Of a stretch of 64,000 nucleotides of DNA, positions 10,901-22,859 are shown in pieces (within the stretch, counting starts at the first letter, position 1; each line of letters starts with the position of its first letter). The notes under the pieces are model-generated. The model saw only the letters and a program-made list of their open reading frames with translations, was not told the DNA's origin and ran no database searches. Where the stretch lies: contig JAPDFW010000063.1 of assembly GCA_028826165.1 (NCBI GenBank), positions 930,001-994,000 of the forward strand, written 5' to 3'. A program made the translations under genes and the position numbers. Source of the stretch: Anaeramoeba ignava BMAN. Taxonomy: Eukaryota > Protista > Anaeramoebae.

Positions 10901-13423
10901 ATTTCATTTAATGTTCTATTGATAATATATTGCTTCATTTTTTGAGATAGAATTTCTTGGAGAATGATTTCTTTTGATTGTAAAAGATTTTTTTTTTGAT
11001 AATTAACCTGTGTTTGAATTTCTTGATTTTCTTGATTTTCTTCTATAAGATCTATATTAAATATTGGAACTTGCTTTTCTGTTTGATTTTCCCCAAAACT
11101 TTTCTTTCGATTAGCAATTTCTTTGCGTAATTCTTCTTGATGCATTTTTCTAATTCGATCCTCATTGGGACTATCCAAAAAGAATTGAGAATCTGCCAAC
11201 TGAGTTGATGATTTTGTTAATTTTATATTGATTATCTTATTTTTGCTTTGTGTTTCTGTTTCAGCTCTTTGCAAACTAAACGAAACATTTTGATTTTTTG
11301 AGGAAGTATTAGCAAATATTTTTCTTCGTCTTCTTTTTTTATCTTGAGATCTTTGGGATTGTTTTTGTGGTCCAGAATTAAGAAATGATGGTTCCTTTTG
11401 GTAAGAATTAGATTGATAAGACATAACCCGAAATAAATAATCATGATAAGGCGATTTGGGGCTAATTTTATCAGGTGTATTTATTTGTATAAGTTTTTCT
11501 TGATTGATATTTTGTTGTTGTTGTTGTTGTTGTAGTTGTTGTGATTGTGATTGTTGTGGTTTTTGTGATTGTTGTTGTGATTGTGATTGTTGTGGTTGGT
11601 CTTCTTCATCTAAAATTTGTGATTTTGATATATTTGAATGATCCAGTTCTTTTTTTTCTTGTTTTTTATTTCGAAGTTTTCCTAAAAAACTTGATAAATG
11701 TCCCTTTTTTTTATTTTGCTTATTTTTTTTAATATCTAATGATTGAGAAGTTTGAGGGGTGTTAACATGTTTGATGTTATTGACCCAAACATATAAATTT
11801 GCAATAAATCTTGTAATATCATCTTCCACTCCCTTTTTTTTTAAAAAAAATCAAAATCAAAATCAAAATAACAATAACAATAAAAATAACAAGAATAATA
11901 GCAATTACCATTGCAATTTTTTTCGGTTCACAAATAAAACCTTCATAATGAGTTTGGAGAAAGTTGATCAATAATTTTTTTTGCACGAGTAACATTATTA
12001 CTAGTTTTATTTAATTCAGGGAAATCTTGATAAGGAAATAAAGCGACTAAAAAAAGTTTAAGAATAGACGAATCCTTATTTTTTTTTTGAAATAAATTTT
12101 TCAATTAAATTTTTCATTTTGTTTGGATTAAATTTTTCCAATTAAATTTCTTATTTTGTTTGGATTAAATTTTTCCAATTAAATTTCTTATTTTGTTTGG
12201 ATTAAATTTCTTATTTTGTTTGAATTAAATTTCTCAATTAAATTTTCCAATTAAATTTTTGAATTAAATTTTTCAATTTGTTTGGATTAAATTTTTGAAA
12301 TAAATTTTTCATTTTTTTTGAAATAAATTTTTCAATTAAATTTCTTATTTTGTTTGGATTAAATTTCTTATTTTTTTTGAATTAAATTTTCCAATTAAAT
12401 TTCTTATTTTTTTTGGATTAAATTTTTCCAATTAAATTTCTTATTTTTTTTAATTTTTTAAATTTGGATTAAATTTTTCAATTAAATTTTTCATTTTTTT
12501 TGAAATAAAATTTTCAATTAAATTTCTCATTTTGTTTGAATTAAATTTCTCAATTAAATTTTTCAATTAAATTTTTCATTTTTTTTAAAATAAATTTTTC
12601 CAATTAAATTTCTTATTTTATTTGGATTAAATTTTTCAATTAAATTTTTCATTTTTTTTGAAATAAATTTCTCAATTAAATTTCTTATTTTGTTTGGATT
12701 AAATTTCTTATTTTGTTTGAAATAAATTTCTCATTTTTTTGAAATAAATTTTTCAATTAAATTTCTCATTTTTTTTGAAATAAATTTCTGAATTAAATTT
12801 CCCATTTTTTTTGAAATAAATTTTTCAATTAAATTATTTTGTTTAAATTAAATTTCTTATTTTGTTTGAAATAAATTTCTCAATTAAATTTCTTATTTTG
12901 TTTGAAATAAATTTCTCATTTTGTTTCAAATAAATTTTTCAATTAAATTTCTCATTTTGTTTCAAATAAATTTTCCAATTAAATTTTTCAATTAAATTTC
13001 TTATTTTGTTTGAAATAAATTTCTCATTTTTTTGAAATAAATTTTTCAATTAAATTTCTCATTTTGTTTGGATTAAATTTTTCAATTAAATTTTTCAATT
13101 TGTTTAAAATAAAATTTTCAAATAAATTTCTTATTTTGTTTGAAATAAATTTCTTATTTTTTTTGAAATAAATTTTTGAATTAAATTTCCCATTTTGTTT
13201 GAAATAAATTTCTCGTTTTGTTTAAATTAAATTTCTTATTTTTTACCTTAAAATCAAACTTTAAATTATGAATTTCTTTTGATGGTGATAAATTTTTTAG
13301 TTTAGAATTTACCCAATCAATTAATATTTGAACTGGGGGTGTTTCATCTGAATGATTTAGATCTTCATAAATAATTTTAACTTGTGAAAGAATTTTAAGT
13401 GTTTCTTCTGAAAAAATTGACAT
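7952..13423 (-). CDS. Multidomain protein: calponin-homology domain, Q-rich linker, RasGAP-like domain, C-terminal PH domain
   Basis: CH-like N-terminus (LIDWVNSKL..IHNLKFDFKDSSIL..KKIAMGVEDDITRFIANLY). RasGAP-like segment (LFESNDSASSLL, FLRQLF, SSVPRIIKLI, IVLSYLF). PH-like end (KKRNLILKRNLIAVF...EKWFQLLIKA). Requires one 1-nt shift in the T8 run at 11975-11982. Confidence 0.65.
12090..13235. repeat. Degenerate tandem repeat (ATTAAATTTCTTATTTTGTTTGG-like) in the first intron of the CH-RasGAP gene
   Basis: Seen directly. Confidence 0.8.
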
Positions 13424-13631
13424 TTAAATTGATAAAAAAAATCTTTTTTTAAGTTCTTTTCTTTTAAGTTGAAATTTAAATTTAAATTTTAAATTTTTAA
13501 TAAGAAAATAATAAAACAAATTAACGCAAAAAAATTAAAAAAAAAAACAAAGAGAAAATGAAAAAGTTTTTTTTCAATTTTTTTTTCATTTTTTTTTCAT
13601 TTTTTTTCAATTTTTTATTCTCTTTTAATCA

Positions 13632-14164
13632 ATGTCAAACTTTTCAAATCAAAAAGAAAAATCAATTTTTTCAGATCCTGAATTTATAGATTCAACTCAA
13701 AGTGAAAATGAAAATCAAAATGAAAATCAAATTCAAAATGAAATGAAAATGAAAATGAAAATGAAAATGAAAATGAAAAAATCAAACAAGAAATAAAAAC
13801 AAATGACATTAAAAACGCACAAAAACAAAAACAAAAACAAAAACAAAAACAAAAACAAAAACAAAATCAACAAAATAATAATTCAAATAACAAAATGACT
13901 TTTGATACTTTATTTTCTGATGAAGAAAATTCACATTGGCAAACAGTTCCTGATTTAAAAAAAGTTACAATTGAATTTTCAGCATTAGTTCTTTCTTCTA
14001 TTCTTGGACTTCTTTTTTTCATACTTGGATTTTCTTTACTTACAAAACATTCGACATTTGCAGCTTTTTTTTTATTTTTAGCAATTTTTATGGTCATTTC
14101 TTTTTTGATTGCTTTAAGAAATTATAATATCAAAAAACAAGAAGAAAATTTGACAAATTTTTAA
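13632..14164 (+). CDS. Small two-TM membrane protein with low-complexity N-terminus (unknown function)
   Basis: ATG at 13632 follows TCATTTT motifs. It joins ORF 13895-14164 (two hydrophobic helices) if one A is restored in the GAAAAT repeat near 13741. Confidence 0.55.
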
Positions 14165-14345
14165 AAATTGAAATAATACTTTTTTTATATTTTTTATTGA
14201 AAAAAAATGATAAAGAAAAAATTCGGTTTTATTTTTATTTTTATTTTTATTATTAAAATTTAGTTAAAGTTCCTTCTTAATTTATTCTTTCAAATGATAA
14301 AGAAAAAATTCTGTTTTAGTTTTATTTTTATTATTTTTATTATTA

Positions 14346-17300
14346 TTAAAATCTAGTTGAAATTCCTTCTAAATTTATTTTTGCAAATGATAAAGATCTT
14401 TCAATTCTTTTTTTAAGTTGTTGTGAATTACAATCTATAACTTCAAGATTTTCAATATTTATAGAAGCTTGTAAATCACCACAATCCACTTTCATTATTA
14501 AAGGATTTTCTTTATCAAAACTTGTTTTTCCAAATTGATTTGAAATTATTCTTTCTAAAACAATTTTTCTTTTTTTTTGTTGAAATTTTTCAAATTTCTC
14601 AAGAAATTGTTTTTCTTTTGTATTTAAGAGATAATTTTGTAAAATTTCGGGTGAAGTTGCTGTAAAACGAAATGATGATAAATTGGCTTCAATTTGAAGA
14701 ACTATGCTGATAATTGTATCAGCTAAAACATCATTAATTGGTGATGCTTCCCATTGAAGTGTGATATATTTTCCAATTTCGTTTAATTGTAGTTTTATTC
14801 TGTTCATAATAATAATTTGATTTTCATCTTCAATTATTTGTGAATATTTGATAATTTTATTTTGATTTTCAATTTCTTCTTTCATTTCATTTTGATTTTG
14901 AATTTGATTTTGATTTTGATTTTCATTTTCATTTTGATTTTGATTTTGATTTTGATTTTCATTTTGGTTTTGATTTTCATTTTGATTTTCATTTTGATTT
15001 TGATTTTGATTTTCATTTTGATTTTGATTTTGATTTTGATTTTGATTTTGATTTTGATTTTGATTTTCATTTTGATTTTCATTTTGATTTTCATTTTCAA
15101 TTTCTTCTTTCATTTCATTTTCTTCTTTCATTTCATTTTCACTTTCAATTTCATCATTACTTTTATATTCATTTTCATTTTCATTTTGATTTTGATTTTG
15201 ATTTTGATTTTGATTTTGATTTTCATTTTCATTTTCATTTTCATTTTCATTTTCATTTTCATTTTCATTTTCATTTTCATTTTCATTTTCATTTTGATTT
15301 TGATTTTGATTTTCATTTTCATTTTGATTTTCATTTTGATTTTCATTTTGATTTTCATTTTGATTTTCATTTTGATTTTGATTTTGATTTTCATTTTGAT
15401 TTTGATTTTGATTTTCATTTTGATTTTCATTTTCATTTTGATTTTCATTTTGATTCTGATTTTGATTTTGATTTTGATTTTGATTCTCTTCTTTCATTTC
15501 ATTTCTTTCTTTTTGAATAGACTTAAATTGAATATCTTGAAAAAATGAACTCAAAAATACAAATAATAATTTCATTGAATAACTAAAATGAACTTTTTTA
15601 TTATGTAAAATTTTATTTCTTCTAAGTTGAGTAAATATTGATAAATCTTCAGCTGAAACAACCATATGAGAAAAATCCTTGCTAATTAACAATCCACGAA
15701 TTCTTTGTCCTGAATGAATTTGTGATTCAGCAAGTGAACCCATAATTTTAGCCATTTTTTGATTACGAAATTCTAATTTAACAGAAGCACAATTTGGTGG
15801 ATTATGAACTCTAATATGACTTTTTTCAAATAATTTAGTTAATGACGATTTTAATTGTAACATTTCTGAGGAATCACCATGAACCAAGCACTTTTGCATA
15901 ATATTATTTAATATTATTATTATTATTATTTATTATTATTTAATATTATTATTAATATTATTATTAATATTTAATATTATTATTTATTATTATTATTATT
16001 TATTATTATTTAATATTATTATTTAATATTATTATTATTATTATTATTTAATATTATTATTATTTATTATTTAATATTATTATTTAATATTATTTAATAT
16101 TATTATTATTTATTATTATTATTCATTATTATTATTATTTAATATTATTATTATTATTATTTAATATTATTATTTAATATTATTATTATTTAATATTATT
16201 ATTTAATATTTAATATTATTTATTTAATATTATTATTATTATTTAATATTATTATTTATTATTAAATTTCATACAACATGAGAAGGTAACGTTTCTTGAA
16301 TAAATTGACTTGTTTGAGCATAATCCGAGTGAGCAGAAAAAGAAACATAACTAATTGACAAACGACGGGGAAGAATTTCACCTTTCAAAGAAGTAATTTC
16401 ATCAGGTTCTGTTTTCAATTCTCTTGCAAGAGTACCATCAACACAATAACCAGTTATAATGACTCCATTTTTTTCACTTGGACACCATTTCTCGAGTAAT
16501 TCTCTTGAAGTACCATTCTGTAGCATTCCTGGACTCGCAAGAACCACGATAGGACCCTTTGTTTTAAGCTCATCAGCACTTCGCAAATTGTGGATATGTT
16601 TAAAATCAAACGGATTTGAAACGGCGAATTTTCTTCTAATTTGATCGTTCATCATATTAATATAAGTTTGATAAACTTTCATACATTTCTGTGCAAGTGA
16701 AGAGGCGTAATAAATAGGTATTTTTTGCAATTCGGGATGTGATTCCCAATAAGATTCTAATATCAGCAATAATTCTTGTGCTCTTCCTAGTGCAAATACT
16801 GGTATTAAACAATTTCCTCCTCTTGCTACTACTTTATGAACAAATGATGTGAATCTTTGCTCTCGATCAAGTCGTGGTTCGTGTACTTGCAATCCATATG
16901 TCGACTCGACTATTAATACATCTGGCGGTATTTTTGGTGTTGCTGCTCCGGATAAATGCCCATCTTCTTGTCGTGAAAAATCTCCTGTGTAAAGTACCTG
17001 ATTTTTGTTTTTGTTTTTGTTTTTGTTTTTAAATTTTTTTGTTTTTTTTTTTTTTGTTTTTTTCTTACTCGAATCCCTTCAATTTCAATCATAAACATTG
17101 CTGCTCCAAGAACATGACCTTTTTTTTTAATTTTTTATCCGATTTTAATTTTAATTTTTTATCCGATTTTAATTATAATTTTTTATCCGATTTTAATTTT
17201 AATTTTAATTTTAAATTTAATTTTAATTTTATAAATGAATTTTAATTTTTTATCCGATTTTAATTTTAATTTTAATTTTAATTTTAATTTTAATTTTAAT

Positions 17301-18410
17301 TTTAATTTTAATTTTGATTTTAATTTTAAAATAAATTTTAATTTTAATTTCAATTTTAATTTTAATTTTGATTTTAATTTTAATTTTAATTTTAATTTTA
17401 ATTTTAATTTTAATTTTGATTTTAAAATAAATATTTTTGTACCAGCATTCATGCAATATATTTTGATTCCATTATGTGAAAAATCTTGATCATAATCAAT
17501 TTGTTCAATTTTTTCTAAACTTTTTTGTAAATCTTCTGGACTAAATAAAACTCTTCCATCAGAATTTCTGAAAATAATTGTAAATTTAAAAAAAAAAACA
17601 AGGAAATAATTGTTTTTTAAATTTTGTTTTCAATTTTCAATATTTTAAAAATGAAAAAAATTAAAAAGAAAGAAAGCATACGCAACTCTAACATAATCTT
17701 CTAATACAAATTTATAAATAGCTTTTGTTGGATGAGTCATATAAACTTTTCCATTAAATGTTGTCTATAAAAAAGAGAAAATTGTTTTAATTTAATATAA
17801 ATTTAAATTTTAATTTTAATTTTAATTTTGATTTTAATTTTGATTTTAATTTTAATTTTAATTTTAATTTAAATTTTAATTTTAATTTTAATTTTAATTT
17901 TAATTTTAATTTTAATTTTAATTTTAATTTTAATTTTAATTTTAATTTTGATTTAAATTTTGATTTTTTGAGTTAAAATTAAAAGTAATCACTTGAGTTA
18001 AATAATAAGGAAGTGCTCCACAATGATCTAAATGAAAACTAATGAATATCAAAAAAAACAATTTCAAAAATTATTTTCAATTAATTTTCTAATTAAGTAA
18101 ATAATAGGAAATAAATTACTGGCTAACAAAAAGAACATCAACTTCTTTTGGATCAACTTCATCAAAAAAAGGTAAACCAGAAATACCAGAATAAGCAGGA
18201 TGAATCCCACAATCAAACTAAAGATTTAAATTGATTTTTTAAATTGATTTTTTAAATTGATTTTTTAAATTGATTTTTTTTAAATTGATTTACTAAAACT
18301 GTTTTTCCTCTATATTTAACAGCAATACAAGACCTTCCAACCTCACAACCAGCTCCTAAAGGAATAATTTTCATTACATGATCTTCTTCTCCTTCTCTTT
18401 TTCTTTGCAT
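14346..18410 (-). CDS. CPSF3: Cleavage and polyadenylation specificity factor 73 kDa subunit (metallo-beta-lactamase/beta-CASP endonuclease)
   Basis: [86 protein letters not shown], and C-terminal [14 protein letters not shown]. Multiple GT-AG introns. Confidence 0.95.
14885..15485 (-). repeat. Coding (GAAAAT/CAAAAT)n hexamer array encoding a poly(EN/QN) insert in CPSF3
   Basis: In-frame repeat within ORF 14346-15899. Confidence 0.85.
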
Positions 18411-18420
18411 AATTTAATTT

Positions 18421-18482
18421 GAAAAAAAATGAAAAAAAATGAAAAAAAATGAAAAAAATGAAAAAAATGAAAAAAATGAAAA
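18421..18482 (-). promoter_or_regulatory. Reiterated TCATTTTT initiator-like motif upstream of the CPSF3 ATG (example of a window-wide motif)
   Basis: Tandem AAAATGA on the + strand just upstream of ATG 18410; the same motif precedes most starts in the window. Confidence 0.5.
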
Positions 18483-18837
18483 AAATTTGTTTTAAAAATT
18501 TTATAAAAAAAAAAGCAAATTCTTTCTTGAGAAAAAAAAAGGTATTCAATTCAATTTAATTTAATTTGATTTTTAATTTGATTTTTGAATTGATTTTTGA
18601 ATTGATTTTTGAATTGATTTTTGAATTGATTTTTAATTTGATTTTTGAATTGATTTTTGAATTGATTTTTGATTTGATTTTTGAATTGATTTTTGATTTG
18701 ATTTTTGAATTGATTTTTAAATTGTTTCTTCAATCAAAATATTCGCAAGAAATTATCGCTCAAAAAACAAAGGAACAAAAATGAAAAAAAAACGAATCTA
18801 AATAAAACGGTTTGAAAATATGAATTAAAATATATAT

Positions 18838-21800
18838 TCATTTGTCATCATCTAAAACGTCATCAATTTGATCTAAAAGTTTATCAGGATCATCACCTAA
18901 AAATAAGTTTTCATTAATTTCCAAATCATCTAAAGTGATATTTTCTTGATTTTCTTGATTTTCTTGATTTTCTTGATTTTCTTGATTTTCTTGATTTTCT
19001 TGATTTTCTTGATTTTCTTGATTTTCTTTTTTTTTCTTTTTCTTTTTTTTTTTCTTTTTTTTTTCTTTTTCATCTTTTTCATCTTTTTCATCTTCTTCTT
19101 CTTTAATTGTATATTCAGTTGTATCAAGAGCACCATCATCATCAACAAATCCACTACGAGATTGTAAATATAATTCTTTTCCTGTAATAACTTTTTTTTT
19201 ATTCTTTTCTTTCCTAGCTCTTTCTCTTTCTTCTCTTTCTCTTCTTTTTTGTGACCATTTTTTAAAAAGTTCTTCAGTCATTAAATCTCCTTCAGTTATT
19301 TTAGCTCTCTAAATCAAATTTTAATATTGATTTTAATTTTAATTTTGATTTTAAATTTAATTTTAATTTTAATTTGAATTTTGATTTTAATTTTAATTTT
19401 GATTTTAATTTTGATTTTGATTTTAATTTTGATTTTAATTTTAATTTTAATTTTGATTTTAATATTTAATTTTGGTTTTAATTTTAATATTTAATTTTGA
19501 TTTAAATTTTGATTTTAATTTTAATTTTAATTTTGATTTTAATTTTAATTATAATTTTAATTATAATTTTTATTTTAATTTTAATTTTGATTTTAATATT
19601 TAATTTTAATTTTAATTTTAATTTTAATTATAATTTTAATTTTAATTATAATTTTAATTTGAATTTTAATTTTAATTTTAATTTTAATTTGAATTTTAAT
19701 TTTAATTTTAATTTTAATTTTAATTTTAATTTTAATTTTAATTTTAATTTTAATTTTAATTTTAAATTTAATTTTGATTTTGATTTTAATTTTGAATTGA
19801 ATTTTAATTTTAATATTAATTTTAAGGTGGAGTCATCAGTGAAAATTTTTCTTAACTTTTTTGTTATTTCATCAATAAACAAACAAAAAAACAAATCTAT
19901 CTAATTTTTTATTTTTAATATTAAAAATGTTTTCTCAAGATCTAGATCAAAATTAAAAAAAAAATTTTTTTTCAAGCTCAATTCTTGATCAGTTTTGATC
20001 CTCTTTTTAATTGAAAATAAGTGTAAAAATTCAAATTGAGGGAAATTGAAATCATTTTTTTCTTTTGCAAATTTTAAAATGGGTAAAAGAAAGCAACCAT
20101 GCTGTGTCTGTGGCCATTGGTTTGAGAATTACTGGAATCGACCAGATACAATAATAATTTCACTTGATTTTGAAAAATTTGAATCACCATTCATATGTCA
20201 AGGATGCTACAGAACCAATTATAGAATGGTAAGTTTAATCGGGAAAAAGTGAGGAAAAGTGAAACAAAGAGTTTAGACGATTTGTTCAAGTTGAGGAAAG
20301 AAGATTTCATAATCAGCCCCAACCAGCCCCACTTGAGCAAAGTGAAAAATTAACGGTCCTTATTGATTTTTTTTCTTTTTTTCTTAATAAAAATTATTTC
20401 ATCTACAAAAATCAAAAATTAAATCAAGAAGTTATTTTAAAATTGAAGAAACCTCTCTTTGCAATTTTAAGAATTTTTCATAAGTAAAACTCTTTTCAAA
20501 ATAAATGTAAATTTATGTTTTTAATTTAAATTTGTCTTTCAAAAATTATCAAATTATGAAAAAGAAGTTGAAACTGAAACTGAGAGTAGAATAAAAAAGA
20601 AACAAAAATGAAATTCTCATATCTTAGTTGTTTTTATTACAAATTTTCTTTTCAATTTTATTGAATTTTTTTTTTCATTTAACGTCAACTAATTTTGTTT
20701 TGGTTTTTATAGTTAAAAAAAGAAGAGAAAAGCCAAATGAAAATAAGGATCAAATTCAAGAAAAGGAAAAACTAATAATATAATTGATCCAGAATGGAAA
20801 ACTAATGTAACACCTCAACAAGTTGTTGTATGTTGAGTTTAATGTCAGGTTTTGTTTTACTCACAATACTCCATGGTTTTTCTCCTTATTGGGAATAGAA
20901 ATTGTTAGTGAAACACAATTTAACAGAATTTGTCGAGATTATGGGAATGATATCAATACTTAAGTCTTGATTTCAATCGACAGAAGTGAAAAAATCATTC
21001 AACCCAAAGTGTAGATCTTTATTGATTTTTAGGTAACTTGAAAAAGAGCTCAAAAATTGCTCTTGATGGAGGATGGTCACATAGAGGATGGAAAGTGAGA
21101 ATCATTTTATTTTTTGAATCAGAATTTATTTTTGATGTTATTCATGTAACTCGAGCAAAAGGGGTATAAAGGATTTTCTAATCAAATGGAAAAGAAGCAG
21201 TAAACAGATTTGGACAAAAATGGAAAGATAAAATAACACTCTAAATTAATTCATGATAATTGTAAAAATATAAAATCAGTTGTTCAAGGGATATTGGCCC
21301 AAAGTTCAAGAACAATTAGATGTTTCCCATTATGGAAAAAATATTCGAAAAATTGAAAAATCTGGAAAAATTTCATTCACTGGAAGGAAAAAGGTCAGAG
21401 TGTGAAGAACTGGTTTCGTTCATCGATCAGTAGCAATGGAGATGTGAAAAGATTTAATGAATTGATGCAGTTGGGAGTGAACCATTATGAAAATAAGAAT
21501 CATGACCATTGTAGTCAATGTAAACAGAAAAAGCAAAATCAAATTATTGGATTAGTGACCCAAATGAACAAAAAGAGTTTGAACGGCACATTGAAAACAT
21601 CATAAAGATTCAGACAAAATAATTGGTGGTTATAACACAAACTCTTGCGAATCTTTTTTTAGTTCAAAAACAAAGTATATTCCAAAAAGGATAAATGCCC
21701 CGTCCCAGTATGAATTTCGCGTCAATATGGCGGTACTTGATCGAGAATGTCCAGCATGGAGAGAATTGTTAAGTGAGCAATGGGGATGGAAGATTCCAGA

Positions 21801-22653
21801 AGTATTTTATAATATACAAAAAAGAAAAGATCAAAAGAAACAACATAAACAAAACTCCCAAAAATTACAAAAAAACAAGAAAAATAATCAAAAATAAAAT
21901 TTATCAAAGATCTTTATTTTAGTTTTTTGTTTTCCAAAAAAAAATATTATTAAATGAAAAAAAATCCAAAAATGAATTATGATGTCTCCCCCTTAATTTT
22001 AATTTTGATTTTAATATTGATTTTAATTTTTAATTTTAATTTTAATTTTGATTTTAAATTTAATTTTAATTTTAATTTGAATTTTAATTTTAATTTTAAT
22101 TTTAATTTTAATTTTGATTTTAATTTTAATTTTAATTTTAATTTTAATTTTAATTTTAATTTTAATTTTAATTTTAATTAATTTTAATTTTAATTTTAAT
22201 TTTAATTTTTGAATAAATGAAGATTTGAGGAATTACCTCTTCTTGAATCTTTTTCTCAAGTTCAGCAGAGTCCTGAATATTAAAATATAAATCTTCTTCT
22301 TTAATTTCTTCTTGAGGAATTTGTTCTTTTTTTTCAATTTCTTGTTCATTTTTTTTCTTTTTTCCGGTTTGAGAAACAGTTTTCTTTTGACCATCTTTTC
22401 CAATAACAACGGTTCTAAGTAAAAAATCCAATTCTGCTTTTTTTTGTTTTTCTTTTCGTTTTTGAACTTGAACTGGTTCTGATTTTTTTGATTGCACTTG
22501 TCCTCTCACATGTTGTGATACTGATTGTATGTATTGCTTCACTTTTTTACTTCGATTTTTGTTCTTTAATCCAAATGTTTTATCTTGTATTATTTTTTGT
22601 TTTTGTTTTTCTACTGCTTTGTTTTTTGGTCCTTTTGCTTTTTTTGGTGGCAT
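18838..22653 (-). CDS. ZC3H15: ZC3H15/TMA46 (DFRP1)-like DRG-partner protein, 2 exons (22653-22237, 19308-18838)
   Basis: N-terminus MPPKK...KIIQDKTFGLKNKN. DFRP-like C-terminus EERAKI..MTEELFKKW..ITGKELY..FVDDDGA. Intron 19309-22236 is GT-AG and in phase. Confidence 0.8.
19826..21992 (+). mobile_element. Degenerate Kolobok-like DNA transposon inserted in the ZC3H15 intron
   Basis: TTAA at 19822-19825 and 21993-21996. Imperfect TIRs GGTGGAGTCATCA / TGATGTCTCCCCC. Frameshifted transposase pieces: IALDGGWSHRGW, FSNQMEK, IHDN, LDVSHYGKNIRK, NTNSCESFFSSKTKYIPKR..YEFRVNMAVLD. Confidence 0.75.
20079..21850 (+). pseudogene. Transposase pseudogene (N-terminal CxxC..CxxC zinc finger plus DDE core)
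   Basis: MGKRKQPCCVCGHW...FICQGCY at 20079. Catalytic-like motifs at ~21055-21090, ~21250 and ~21630-21745 are interrupted by stops and frameshifts. Confidence 0.7.
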
Positions 22654-22859
22654 TTTTTATTTTATAATTTATATTTAATTTGAGAAAAATGAAAAAATAA
22701 AAAAAATTTTTAATTAAAAAGATTTAAAAATTTTATTTTTAAATGATAATATTTTTCAAAAAAAATTTAAATTAATTTCTTATTTTTAATAATAAGCAGA
22801 CACCTAATCTAATTTAAAAATAAACATTAATTCGAAGGTTAAATCCGTTGGACGGCATT

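Noticed and set aside
11975-11982. Possible programmed frameshifting (also ~13741, ~45761, ~63428)
   Set aside because: Each is a 1-nt indel in a homopolymer or microsatellite with no shared signal. Long-read consensus error is the simpler explanation; read polishing is needed.
14346-18410. Integrator INTS11 as an alternative identity
   Set aside because: [19 protein letters not shown] and the C-terminal W.ASP.ND..AD motifs fit CPSF73.
19826-21992. piggyBac assignment because of the TTAA duplication
   Set aside because: The termini are GG...CC rather than CC...GG, and the transposase motifs are not piggyBac-like.
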